Of a stretch of DNA of 64,000 bases, positions 26,427-39,954 are shown in pieces. Below the pieces are notes generated by a model. That model had not been told where the DNA came from and made no database searches. It was given only the letters and a program-made list of their open reading frames with translations. The position numbers were made by a program, and so were the translations under genes. The first letter of the stretch is position 1, and each line of letters opens with the position of its first letter. Source of the DNA: Eledone cirrhosa (Eukaryota); contig OZ024743.1 of assembly GCA_964016885.1 (NCBI GenBank), forward strand, positions 299,212,001 through 299,276,000, given 5' to 3'.

Positions 26427-26973
26427 TTCGAAACTAAGCTAACAGTACTCATATGAAAATGCAAAATGTATGTTATAAATCAAAGGTTCTCAACCCATGT
26501 GGGCCTCTCGAAATCACGAAACGCCGCCCTACCCTTTTTTTCTATTTTTCAATATACTACTGATTTTGATATCAGTAGATTACTGGGTCAAATCAAGTTA
26601 TCTTAGATTCTTTAAAAAATACTCGAACAAATTAAATACAAAAAAGTTTCAGTCCAAAACAAAAGCAAGCTATTTCAAATTATATATTTTTGATAAGAAA
26701 ACATTTGATATCAGTCGAAAAAGCTTTTTTTTCGATATTTCAGTTAGCTGTTGAAATATTTTGAGTGGATAGACAATTGAAACTGCAAAGTCAAAATACA
26801 GAAGATGCAAAATATGAACAATGTCTTACCTTTCTCTGAAATCACAAACTCAGGGGAAAAATAGTACCTTGCAAAATAATATACCTCGTAGCAAAATGAG
26901 TAGTAAGGAATGAATTGAGAAGCTTGGCGACTGAGAAAGCAATATTTTTATCCCTTATATATAAACATAGATA

Positions 26974-27014
<41 letters not shown>

Positions 27015-27153
27015 CACACACATATATATATATACATACACACACACAAACTTGTGTGTGTGTGTGTGCCTTGGTAGAGAAAGAATTTTGTCTACAGTTT
27101 GTTATTGTTAGGACAATGGCCAAAGCTCTTTTCAACAACGCCAAATAACAACG

Positions 27154-27235
<82 letters not shown>

Positions 27236-27250
27236 CCACACACACACACG

Positions 27251-27284
<34 letters not shown>

Positions 27285-27346
27285 AATGGGAGGGAGAAAG
27301 AGGGAGGGACAGAGAGAGTAAGAAAGTTGTGTATGTTTGGGACACG

Positions 27347-27397
<51 letters not shown>

Positions 27398-27428
27398 CCC
27401 TATCTATTTATTTATCTATTTATCTCCA

Positions 27429-27477
27429 ACAGGGGGCTCACACATGCGGCCCGCGAACTACTTCTCTGTGGCCCCTG
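27429..27477. mobile_element. Tiny hAT/Charlie-like MITE remnant
   Basis: CAGGGGGC...TGCGGCCCGCG...GTGGCCCCTG. Confidence 0.35.
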
Positions 27478-27520
27478 GTAGAACCAATATTTCATATCGC
27501 ATTATAACTGGTGAAAATAA

Positions 27521-27737
27521 GGCGGCGAGCTGGTGGAATCGTTAGCATATCTGGCGAAATGCTTAACGGTACTTCTTCCGTTTTTACGTTCTGAGTTCAA
27601 ATTCCGCCGATCTCAACTTTGCCTTACATCCTTTTGGGGTCGATGAATTAAGTACCAGTTGTGTACTAGGATCGATGCAATCGACTGAACCCTAAACCCC
27701 AAATTTCATGCCTTGTTCCTATAGTAGAAATGATTAT
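27521..27737 (+). mobile_element. tRNA-derived SINE
   Basis: GGCGGCGAGCTGGTGGAATCGTTAGC (A box), GAGTTCAAATTCCGCC (B box), and body shared with 14210 and 33460. Confidence 0.8.
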
Positions 27738-27859
27738 AACTGCTGAAAATGTTCACCCACCACCACGTTTGGCCCACTGTCCCTCTCCTCCAGGACGTAA
27801 TAGCTCTTTTGTGTCCTTGAGTTTGAGACCTCTCTTCTACACACACACATACATATATA

Positions 27860-28118
27860 TTTTACTTTTTTTCTGTCTCTGGACTACGCCCATGCTAGAG
27901 CATCACCTTGACAAGTTATGGGGACGTCAACAAACCAACAAGCATTGGTGGGAGGGCAAACACAAACGCAAAGACACACACAGACATATATACATATATA
28001 CGACGGGCTTCTTTTAGTTTCGATCTATCAAATCCACTCACAGGGCTTTGGTCGGCTTGGGAAGTGAGACTGAACCCGGAAATATGTGGTTGGGAAACAA
28101 GCTTCTTGTCACACTGCA
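27860..28118 (-). mobile_element. Second SINE family, decayed
   Basis: Minus strand tRNA-like head AAGAAGCTTGTTTCCCAACCAC...GGGTTCAGTCTCAC, then CCGACCAAAGCCCTGTGAGTGGATTTG...AAGAAGCCCGTCG. Confidence 0.6.
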
Positions 28119-28163
28119 TATATATATATATATATGTGTGTGTGTGTATAATATATATATTAT

Positions 28164-28236
<73 letters not shown>

Positions 28237-28264
28237 TATATAACCTTACACACTTAAATATACA

Positions 28265-28872
28265 TGGTGGTTGCCAACTCGTTTTCGAGTACGGCCACTA
28301 CTTTATATCCATGTAGGAGAACCCCTAACAATGCGCTGAACGAGTGTTACTTTTTAGTCCAGCCAGCGACTTGAAAGCTCTGCTACAGACACTACAACTG
28401 TGACAATTATTGACACATAGTGCTGGACCCATGGTACCATGTGACGACAAGTGCAGAGAGATCTCCAGATGTAAAGCAATGCCTGTGCCGTGAAGCTTTT
28501 ATAGTGAGCACAGGCACTGCACAAAGCCAGTCCCACTCTCTTAACCAAGATGATATTTACCAAAAAGAAGAACAAGTCAACATCATTGGATACCATCAGG
28601 GTTGCAGGTGTTATATCAGAGTTTTCTTTCTCCTAGAATTCTCCCGGTGATTTTGGCTGGCCATTGACTCTTAAGAGCTCCTTTGCCCTTTGACAGGTTT
28701 TGTTCTTAGTCCTGCAGGATGTCCAAAGTCACCCTCCTCTCCAAGAAACCTTGGTCGTTGGTGACTAAACTGGCAACCCCACCAGTGGGGTTGCCAGTTT
28801 AGTCACCAACGACCCGACCATAAGACAGGTTGTACTGGGATACATGTTACCAATAGCACCAACTGGTGACCT
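28265..28872 (-). mobile_element. Probable RTE-like LINE 5' UTR fragment
   Basis: GC-elevated. Contains GAGAAAGAAAACTCTGAT, which resembles RTE 5' UTR motifs from my recall. Shares GCTAYTGGTA..ATG, GGTGACTAAA and AGAGTCAAYGGCC with 35873-36200. Confidence 0.45.
28753..28814. repeat. Perfect 30-bp palindrome with 2-nt spacer
   Basis: GGTCGTTGGTGACTAAACTGGCAACCCCAC-CA-GTGGGGTTGCCAGTTTAGTCACCAACGACC. Confidence 0.97.
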
Positions 28873-28974
28873 GACTTAAATATAAATGCATGTATATATA
28901 TATACAAATGTATAAATGCATAGCTATATACATACGTAAATGTATGTATGTATATATGTATGTATGTAGATTTA

Positions 28975-29010
<36 letters not shown>

Positions 29011-29015
29011 TGTAG

Positions 29016-29068
<53 letters not shown>

Positions 29069-29468
29069 AATCTACCAAAATATACGGTAGTGTCCAATCC
29101 GTATCAATGTAATCCAAATATTATGAAAAGAGATGTATTCAAAAATGTTTTCGATGAAAATCACACGAAAACAGAGTCAAGATAAATTAATAAAAACAAT
29201 GAATAAAAACAAAGAAACAGTTCCTATGTATATCATATAGATATATGTACAAAATCTGTCTTCAGACAAATTTTTTTCTGAAGACAGCATATATATGTGT
29301 AGGTATGTATATTCCCTCTGATAGTTTGTAAAATTTCTACATAGATCTACATAGATCTATATGATATACATACCAACACACACATATATCTCCTAGAAAC
29401 GATCGTAAAATGATGAATTTTTTAATATAAGGAACTATTTCTTTGTTTTTATTCATTGTTTTTATTAA

Positions 29469-29506
<38 letters not shown>

Positions 29507-29715
29507 AATATATGTATGTATGTAGATTTATATATATATATATGTATGTATGTATGTATATTTATATATATATATATGTATGTAGATTTATATATATATA
29601 TATATATAAATCTACATACATACATATATACATACATACATATATACATACATTTACGTATGTATATAGCTATGCATTTATACATTTGTATATATACATG
29701 CATTTATATTTAAGT
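28873..29715. repeat. Nested inverted-repeat module with microsatellite arms and a central hammerhead
   Basis: ACTTAAATATAAATGCATG...CATACGTAAATG is mirrored at ~29645-29715. Inner arms are 29186-29225 / 29430-29470. Confidence 0.75.
29275..29410 (+). ncRNA. Hammerhead ribozyme with ~110-nt stem II, partly decayed
   Basis: TTT-CTGAAGA-CAGCATATATATGTGTAGGTATGTATAT...ATATACATACCAACACACACATATATCTCCTA-GAAA-CGATCG-TA-AAA. Palindromic stem III and GUA site. Stem I and the base of stem II are weak. Confidence 0.55.
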
Positions 29716-31106
29716 GTGTAAGCATGTTGATATGATCTATGTCTTCTTTTTTTGGTAAGGAGAACATTTTTGTCGCCAGATTTGTTTACCTAGAGGATTA
29801 AATACCACACTTCTGGCTGAAAGCTGACCAGGTTCTCAACTTCATCAAACACTAACGCCAGCCTGTGTGTATATATATGTGTGTGTGTGTATGTATGTGT
29901 ATATATGTGTGTGTGTATGTATGTATGTATGTATGTATGTATGTATGTATGTATGTATGTATGTATGTATGTATGTATGTATGTATGTGTGTGTATGTCC
30001 ACCACCATTGCTTCTACTTGTCATTTCTCTCATCCTCTTTGACTTCTTTTGATTTTCTTTTATCTCCCTAGGGAATTCGTTGACAAGCTTCTTTAATTTA
30101 TTTTCTTTGTTTTCTTGATTCAAATCACTGACTGTCTAAGAGACGTACAAATATGGCTTATAAAGCTTACCAAACTAAAAGGGCTTCTAGCGCCCTCAAA
30201 GTCTCATAGGCCCCCTTACTGCATAACGCCCCTCTAACGCTCTCTTACCGCATAACGCCCCACCGGAAGGGGGGGGGGGGTATGCCACCCGTTGAGAACC
30301 TTTATTATAAATAATCAAATTTGCGCAGTCATGTTTACAATATAATTTGTTCGAAAGAAAAGCTATTTACTTACACACACACACACATATACACACACGC
30401 AGAACCCCCCACACACACACACACAAACACACCCACATAAATAAGTATATAGGCAAAAAGTAAACGGAAACAACAAATAAAACAACACAGTAAAATGAAG
30501 AAATATATTAGTTTAATACTTGATATAGTAGGAAAAGAGTCTTAACGCTTCAGATAGAATGAGAAATAAAAGATGAAATGGAAAGATAGAAGAATACAGC
30601 AAAGCAAATGGGACATTGACTGTTAAACATAATTATAACAAAGGTAACAGAATATCACCATTTCTGTATTTAATAGTCCTTACATTTCGGAATACAATCC
30701 ATTTCAATGAAGAATTGAGGAAACTAATTCAGACCAGAATAGCTGGTTGTTATTATGCTACCACATATGAATTTGAAAGTGTTTTTATTTTCAATTTCAA
30801 ATATCACTGCATAAGTACGCCATCTGATATACTATTCAGATTAAATATCTAACAATTTTCTTTTGAGGGAGTGATGTTATCCCGGAATATAAAGACTATT
30901 ATATGTTTCCGAGGTAAAATTCTAACATCTTTGCTAATATTATTAACATTTTCTGTCTCATTTATCATTTATTGCCTTGTAATAAAACACATTTTATTTC
31001 AAGGCACATTACAACGTTTGTATATATATATATATATCTATCTATCTATATATATATATATATAGAATATATTAACAAATGTAAACTATATTTATAAAAC
31101 CATATT

Positions 31107-31172
31107 TATTTCATTATACATATTTCAAGGGCCACCAAGGCAGATTATGGTGCGCTTTCATCAGATAAAATA
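31107..31172 (-). ncRNA. Hammerhead ribozyme (left-arm copy), intact core
   Basis: Reverse complement of 31300-31365. Confidence 0.78.
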
Positions 31173-31299
31173 TAATACAGATTAGTTTTATGAATACATA
31201 TTGACATACCCTGAAAAATGCAACCCGGATAGACTCCAACCGTGAAGGTTGCATTTTTCAGGGTATGTCAATATTTATTTATAAAACTAATCTATATTA

Positions 31300-31365
31300 T
31301 ATTTTATCTGATGAAAGCGCACCATAATCTGCCTTGGTGGCCCTTGAAATATGTATAATGAAATA
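31300..31365 (+). ncRNA. Hammerhead ribozyme (right-arm copy), intact core
   Basis: TATTTTAT-CTGATGA-AAGCGCACC...GGTGGCCCTT-GAAA-TATGTA-TA-ATGAAATA: 8-bp stem I with one G-U, AUA site. Confidence 0.78.
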
Positions 31366-31490
31366 AATATGGTTTATAAATATAGTTTCCATTTGTTAAT
31401 ATATTGTATATTTACTCCAATTAATTTGTTGAGTGCTTTATATCAGTTATAAAAATATTTTGCTTGTTATCCCAACAAATTAAATATAAC

Positions 31491-31618
<128 letters not shown>

Positions 31619-32136
31619 GTATATATAGTGTATTTTGCAATACACTGTATGCTTAATTAAAAGCATTTTGAAGACCTTACGCTATTGTTTTAAATTAGTG
31701 ACTATGTCACTTATTTGTTTTTTCAGCAAACAAAGAGAGATAAGCTGACAGTTCTCTGTTTCTTACTGTTGGTACTCTTAAGAGCTTACAACTCCCTCTG
31801 TTTGCTGAAAATTAGGAATGTGGGATTCTTATAGAATTCAAGTAATAATCAGGAACTGATTATACAGAACGGTTGCCGGTCCAACAAAAATTGAAAATTA
31901 GAATTGGTGCTCTGAAATAGCGATATATATATGAATGTATTGGTGGACCCTCCATCTCAACTTTACATTTGAAAAGCAGAAGAACTGTGAAACCGGTAAA
32001 GGAACCAAATAAATATATATATATATATGTATTTTAAATAAGACTATAGTTGCATTTTCGATTTAATCTTTTTTCCTTATACTTTCACTCGTGTAGGACA
32101 CCTCGGCTATTTTTCATTTTGTAAAAAAAACCTTAC

Positions 32137-32169
<33 letters not shown>

Positions 32170-32630
32170 GGGAAAAATGAACAAAATGGAAGTGTTGTTC
32201 CATATGAGAGCTGAGCTGGTCGGGATCTGGGATGGCACCCGCAGATCAGACTCCAAGTCTTCCTGATCCTCAGACCAGTGTTAACATAACAAAAATCACA
32301 TTTGTTCAAATCTCCTCTTTTTTCGACATATGCTCTTTCCGGATAAAGGACTATTTTCCGATAAATGAAACTTTTATTTTCCTTTTCCAGCCATCATGAA
32401 ACTAATAAAAGTTTGTGTTATTCCTTCCTTTTTTCACTCTGTTTCTTGCTATTTTATATTTTATTTCTCATTCTATCTTCTGATAAATGACTAGTGTTCG
32501 ACACGTTAAGAAACTGTTCTTACCATATCAAGCGTTAAACTAATATATTTCTTCATTGTTCTATGTAGTTTGCTTTGTAATTTCTGTTTACATTTTGCAC
32601 ATATATTTGTATATATATACAGCAAGAGAA

Positions 32631-32760
<130 letters not shown>

Positions 32761-32859
32761 AAAAGACTTCAAGGAAGACTTAGGCTCTTGAGAGGAAACG
32801 AACCCCGCATCTATTGAGAGACTTAAAATCTAGTAAAATGTATCAATCAATGTTCAGAG

Positions 32860-32950
32860 GCGCCTTAGCGTATGATTAACACATTCGCTGGGCATCCGAG
32901 AGATTCTTGGTTCTATTTCTCACTGGGGCCTTTGTCCACTTTTTTTCTGT
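32860..32950 (+). mobile_element. Decayed tRNA-like SINE head
   Basis: GGCGCCTTAGCGTATGATTAAC (A-box-like) ... GGTTCTATTTC (B-box-like). Confidence 0.35.
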
Positions 32951-33459
32951 CTTCAGGGTACACTATACGAATTTCTCCACTAGTTTCATAGTGATTGACT
33001 ATTGTTAAAGTTATTCATGTTGGGGCGATTACACACGCACACACACAGACACATACACGCACTCAAGCACATACACATATACACACAGAGACAGATACAC
33101 GCGCTCAGGCACAACATTCTTTCCAGACGAAGTGCACAATACAAAAATTCCACTAGTTACTACTCACCAGAATGTGCAGTAAACACTGTGCTTAGAGCTA
33201 TTTTTTTATATGGATGTTGAAAATACATCAACGTTTTTTAGGGAGAAATTTATGAGAATCCTTAAAAGATTAATGCTCAAAGTTCATATATTAAACATGT
33301 TGAAACTCAATAGCAAATGTCAATCTATTCATAGCAACAAAAAAAATATATATATTCTACACTCTGTTTATAAATAAAGTGCTTCTGTACTTTTTCTGTT
33401 TATGTTTCACTGTCATTATATATGGTTATACATATACAATGTTATACAATGTTATACAA

Positions 33460-33672
33460 GGGCGGTGAATTGGCAGTATCGGTAGAGGGTCGGACATGCT
33501 TTCTAGCATAGTTACGTCCCTTTACGATCGGAGTTCAAATCCGGCCGAGGTTAACTTTGCCTTTCATCCTTACGGGGTCGATAAAATAAAGCACCAGTAA
33601 CGTACTGGGTCGATTTAATCGATTCCCCCCCCCCCAAATTACTGGCCTTGTGCCTATATAAGAAACCATTAT
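33460..33672 (+). mobile_element. tRNA-derived SINE
   Basis: Near identical to the reverse complement of 14210-14400. A and B boxes present. Confidence 0.82.
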
Positions 33673-34099
33673 ATATGGTTATACATTGGATACTCAAACA
33701 CACACACGCACACGTATACACACACACACATACATACACAGACACACACGCGCGCGCGCACACCCACACCCACACACACACATACACACACATATATATA
33801 TATTTATATATATATATATATATACTTATACATATATACACAATAAACACACATATGTATACACACACTCCTTTGCAGTTACAGTCTACTAAATTTCACT
33901 CACAAAGCACTGGTATATATTTATATATTCATCCCTAGCTAGATATAATTGTTTTTGTATTGTGCTCTCTTTCGATTTGCAGTTCAAATTTCGAATCAAT
34001 ATAATAATTACAGGTAATATACTGCAACGAATCAATTGAAATTCCTCTTCAATAGAAAATTTGACCTTACACATAGTCAACATGAATCAATATGTACTT

Positions 34100-35003
<904 letters not shown>

Positions 35004-35376
35004 ACTAGAGAGAGAGGGGGATGGAGAGAGAGAGAGAGTACAATGAATTATATATATAAAGAAATATATTTTATTGACTTAAATTAATAAGTTTATTGTT
35101 ATGATAGAGATTGGTGAACAAAATAAAACAAGCAAGTAAATCATGCGATTGTTGTACCGTTGGGTGTATGATAGCCAAAACCAATTTATTGTGAAAAAAT
35201 TACATTTTATTGTTTTAAATTTCAGATATCATCAAGAGAGTTGAACAAAAGTCAAAGCCAATAGGAAGGTTAAAATCATACACGCTCACATAGAGACACA
35301 CACTCGCTTCCGTGTATAGATACATAGCTACCTACATGTATACGTGAGTGAGTACTTACATACAAATACACGTGAA

Positions 35377-35680
35377 GGCGTATGCCTTAGTGGTTAGAGC
35401 GTTGGGTTTGCAATCAAGAGGTTCAGAGTTTGACTCTCGGACCCGGTGATGCATTGCCTCCTGTCCTTGTGCAAGGCACTTTTCTTAACGTTACTCCAGT
35501 TTACTCAGCTGTAGAAATGTGTTGTGACCTCACTGTTGCCATTCTCTTGGACAATATCGCAGGCATGGATTGAGGAGACGTATATGCATGAGTGGCCGCT
35601 GGTCTTCAATAGACCTTTCCCAGGCTTGTGCCTCGAGGAGGGGGGACTTTCTTGGTGCAAAACCATGGTCATTCAGGACA
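35377..35680 (+). mobile_element. tRNA-derived SINE (third type), decayed
   Basis: GGCGTATGCCTTAGTGGTTAGAGCG (A box), GAGTTTGACTCTC (B box), then CCTTGTGCAAGGCACTT and CTCAGCTGTAGAAATG body. Confidence 0.65.
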
Positions 35681-35872
35681 CTTGTATATATTGACAAATT
35701 GGCAGTGTTGTTAGAAATTTAGATTTCGGTTTCAAATTCACCGAGATCTTGTTTGTTTTTCGCCATTTCGAGGTCTATATAAATGCAACAGTCCGTTACT
35801 TCGGTTGATTCTTTCTCTATATCATTTTATCATTTTTTAGAGAAATATATTTATCAAATTTAGAATAGTAAG

Positions 35873-36200
35873 GCTACTGGTACTATGTAATTATTTAAAA
35901 CATGCGTCATGGTTGAGTGGTGGGTGACTAAATCCGGCTCCTCTCCCCAGACCCTGGTTTGGAAAGAAAAGAAAGTGGGCCTCAGCAGCACAAAAAAACT
36001 AGAGCTATTAAACGGATGGATGAACTCCTTAGAGTCAACGGCCATCTACTTAAACTATGGGTCAAATAGCCTCTCCAACCCCCAATTTGCTCGGGGTGGT
36101 GAGTATAGCTACACACCTGACTTGATCAAAACCAAACAGAAACTGATGGTCAACCAACAGGAGTGAGAAAGCCATGGATTGGGTTGGATTGGAAGATTAA
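35873..36200 (+). mobile_element. RTE-like 5' UTR remnant related to 28265-28872
   Basis: Shared ordered motifs GCTACTGGTACTATG, GGTGACTAAA and TTAGAGTCAACGGCC. Confidence 0.35.
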
Positions 36201-36443
36201 AGAAATAACCACGTAAAAATGGGATTTAACGCTTTGTCATGTATGAGGAAATGTATGATTAAAATGTATGATTAAAGACAATGTTTGTTCAGAACATATT
36301 TCGCGTAGTTGTTTTCGAAAATAGAATTCCGAACGTTTGAAGGGTACAAATCCCATGTCTTTTAATTCGGTTATAAGGATTAGCAAAATATAAGATTTGC
36401 TACAAGTACTTTAGAGATTATATGTTAGAGAGAAGGTCGATTA

Positions 36444-38418
36444 CACCGTGTAATCAAAACATTGTTTTCTCTGTTCCTGGCTTGTAATCACTTTTTTGTG
36501 TTGCTTAGGTCCCAAATAAATAAAATAAGTGTTATTAAACAGTTAAAATTTTGGTTTTGTAAAAATTCTATCTATTCACTAGAATTATTTGTATGCTGGA
36601 TTTTACATTGTATGTAAGTTTAATTTGTTTATGTTAAATTATTTTTTTTATATGTTTCAGCTTAAATTAAAATTATAAAATAACGAGTAATACGTAAAGA
36701 AAATTATAAAAGTGCAATAAAGTATAAAATTGTTAAAAAGTGGATTGAAGAGATTTATCGATACTGGATTTTCGCACCCTGAATAAAGGGTAAGTTGTGT
36801 TTTAAGCACGAATTTTCATTTGTATGATTAGTGTTCTTTTATATTATTTAAATATGTATTTCCCTTTCCAATATTTATTTTGTATTGCATATCAAATTTA
36901 TTTTCAAAGACAAGTATTCTGATGGATGCTGAGGACTTGGATTACCTGCCTGAGGTACCAGAAAAAGTTCCTCACTTCTCAAACCCAAAAGAAGTCAATG
37001 ACTTGGTCAGGGATATGGGTCTGACCAAGTCCAATGCAACGCTATTCGTCTCCAGGATGAAGTGGAACTTGGTCAGGGAGGAAGTGCAGGTGACAAGTGA
37101 GAGAAGTCGACACGAACCTTTCTCAGGCGTTTACACTCTAAGGGATGACCTCTGCTTCCGCCATGACGTGCCTGAACTGTTTGACGTTATTGGGGTGCCG
37201 TTTGTGCCCAAGGAGTGGCGGCTATTTATAGACAGCTCCACCACAAGTTTGAAGGCTGTCCACCTCCACAATGGAAACAAGTTCCCGACACTGCCCCTAG
37301 CTCATTCAGTCTGCCTGAAGGAAGATTACTACAATGTGAAAGTCCTCTTGGAAGCGCTGCAATACAACCAGTACAATTGGGAAATCATTGGGGACTTCAA
37401 GATAGTGGCTTTCCTGCTTGGACTCCAATGAGGCTTTATCAAATTCCAATGCTTCCTCTGCCTTTGGGACAGCAGAGCCACCTCTGACCACTACAAAAGA
37501 AAGAACTGGGAGCAGCGAACATAATTTCTAGTTGGGACCCGGAACGTCATGTGGGAGCCACTGGTTGATCCCAGGATTGTGCTCATGCCGCCACTACACA
37601 TTAAGTTGGGGTTGATGAAGCAGTTTGTGAAGGCTCTCAACCAAGAATCAGCCGCTTTTAAGTACTTTCTTGAGTTCTTCCCCAAGTTATCTGAGGCCAA
37701 AATCAAAGGTGGAATTTTTGTTGGACCTCAGATAAAGAAGGTGTTTGAGTCTACCGAGTTCTCCAATAAGCTCAATAGGATTGAGCGAACAGCGTGGAAC
37801 TGTTTCAAGGCAGTTGTTAAGAGCTTCCTGGGTAACTGCAGAGCTGAAAACTACCAGCAACTGGTGCAGGATCTGATAAAGACTTTTGGCGCCATGGAAT
37901 GCAGGATGTCGCTTAAACTCCATATGCTGGACGGTCACCTGGGAAATTTCAAGGACAATATGGGCGTCTACTCAGAAGAACAAGGCGAACGATTCCACCA
38001 AGATGTGAAAGAGATAGAGCGGAGGTACCAGGGCCACTACAATGAAAATATGATGGGGGACTATATCTGGGGGCTAGTGCGGGAATGCGCCCTGGACTAC
38101 AACCGCAAATCCAGGAAATCCAGTCATTTCTGACGTGTATAAGATGCTTTATAAGTGTTATTTGTTTTTACTTGTTTGCTTTTGATAAGCTTGTGTGTAA
38201 TAAAAAAAATGTATACTCTGTTGATTTAATTATATAAACTGATACATTTAAAAAAAATGTGTTTTTACTTGAAAAATATGAAAATTTCGAAATATCAAAC
38301 TCCTGACAACAAACCCAAACTTCTGATTATATAATAGTGTTTTTTTAAATAATAATGGGATATAACAAACCATGCAATGACACTTAGAACCGGGGAACAA
38401 AATATATGTTACACGGTG
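36444..38418 (+). mobile_element. Chapaev3-type (CMC) DNA transposon
   Basis: Ends CACCGTGTAA... / ...TTACACGGTG with a TTA duplication at 36441-36443 and 38419-38421. Transposase remnant inside. Confidence 0.85.
36919..38133 (+). pseudogene. Chapaev3-type transposase, N-terminus missing, two in-frame stops
   Basis: WRLFIDSS..SLKAV.LHNGN, IIGDFK, Q*GFIKFQCFLCLWDSRA, PPLHIKLGLMKQFVKAL, SEEQGERFHQD and MMGDYIW in one frame. Confidence 0.85.
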
Positions 38419-38478
38419 TTATGTTACTTTATTCAGATTTATATATATATATATGACAGTGGATATATGTAAACACAC

Positions 38479-38538
<60 letters not shown>

Positions 38539-38641
38539 AGATATATAGATATATATGAGTATATATATGTGTGTATGTTTGCTGTGTATATATGTATGTA
38601 TGTGTATGTATGTGTGTGTGTGTGTGTATGTATGTGTATGA

Positions 38642-38710
<69 letters not shown>

Positions 38711-39954
38711 TGAGTTTGTAAGGTGCAGCAGTACTTTGTAGTTAACAAGTGATTCATTAATTTTCAAGTATAAATTATTTATCTGAGTCTTATTTGTAAA
38801 GAGTTAACTATCCTTAGAGTCGCTTCATGAAGTCAAAATATCCCAGTGGAATATGTGAATCACTTCATGGCCATTCATATCCAGTGTGTAGAATGTAGTT
38901 TTCTGCTACGATGCTGAGAATGCTTAATTTCAATTCCAGATTGTGTTTCTTTTTCTATTTAACACTGTTAAAGGTGTCGAGAAATATATGAACATCACCT
39001 CTCTTAAAGTTAATCGAGCTAATTATTTATTGTGTGACCAATCCAATCATGTCAAAACAAGCAATTGTGACTATTTATCATCTTTGCGTGAGAGGAATAA
39101 ATATTGAAAAATTGATATACCCACTTATTAAATATTTTAGCTTTCCACTTTCCCCCACAAATGCATGAGCACACAATTGCAGAGACACACAAAAGCGATA
39201 GCTACTTGCTCTGAACATAGTATTTGTATTCTATGAAATTGACAGTTATATATCCCCAATGAATAGCCTTCAACAGAACCTTCCAGGAATTTTCTGAATT
39301 GAATTCACAAAGTTCTTAGTGTTTTTGATAAGACGTTTGATCGATTAGAGAAAATAAACATTTGCTAAATTCGTTATGAAAGGAAATTTAATATCCTTCT
39401 ATTCACAAGATATAGATTGGCCAATAGCATTAACCGAAGACACATTTTATCTGGAGATAATTGCATATATAACTTCACGATATAACACTCAATATTCATT
39501 TACTTATTTATTCGCCATTACCGCTAGAGATAATATTCGCATTTTTTGTTGCAGTACGTGTCTAGAGATTTTCAACAATAAGCAGGATCGCTGAATAGCT
39601 TTGAAACAAAACAGAATACGGAATATTTATTATCAGAAATACTTCAAGAATAGATTTCACAATGCGATATAAAAACATGCGCTTCACCTAAAGCAGTTAA
39701 AGGCTTCCTGAATCCCAACTGAAAATTTAAGTTTCTATACATGTTGACAGATATGTTTCGAAATCTAAATTCAATAATGACATATGCATTTGACAGATTT
39801 AGATAAAGTCTTTTCGTAACTTTCTTTTAAAGTAAAGCAGTCTGCTTAAACCATTGTCATTTTCCAAGAAAACATATTCTCTCTTTTCTTGTTTTGCCAT
39901 ACTTAATTGGTAGTTAAATACAAGTTACGTGCAACTACAATATACATTATTATT

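Larger units (their letters stand above)
26481..30304. mobile_element. Non-autonomous hAT-type element with 14-bp TIRs and 8-bp TSD, containing nested insertions
   Basis: Left end CAAAGGTTCTCAAC (26481), right end GTTGAGAACCTTTA (30291-30304). TTATAAAT lies immediately outside both ends (26473-26480 and 30305-30312). Confidence 0.65.
31066..31405. repeat. Near-perfect ~160-bp inverted repeat with 21-bp spacer
   Basis: 31066-31225 mirrors 31247-31405 with a few substitutions. The left side abuts (TA)n. Confidence 0.95.

Noticed and set aside
31745-32005. GAAA-CCGG-TA with possible distant stem II partner ACAGTTCT
   Set aside because: The 5' core is incomplete and stem I is absent. Only a possible relic.
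32175-32310. Loose foldback with minus-strand CTGAGGA
   Set aside because: No GAAA after the putative stem II.
39688-39718. Micro-exon-like segment on the minus strand (TTTTCAG...TAG|GTGAAG), with similar candidates near 50630-50692 and 51310-51450
   Set aside because: Splice-like signals are common in AT-rich DNA and the peptides match nothing I recognise. A host gene needs RNA-seq support.
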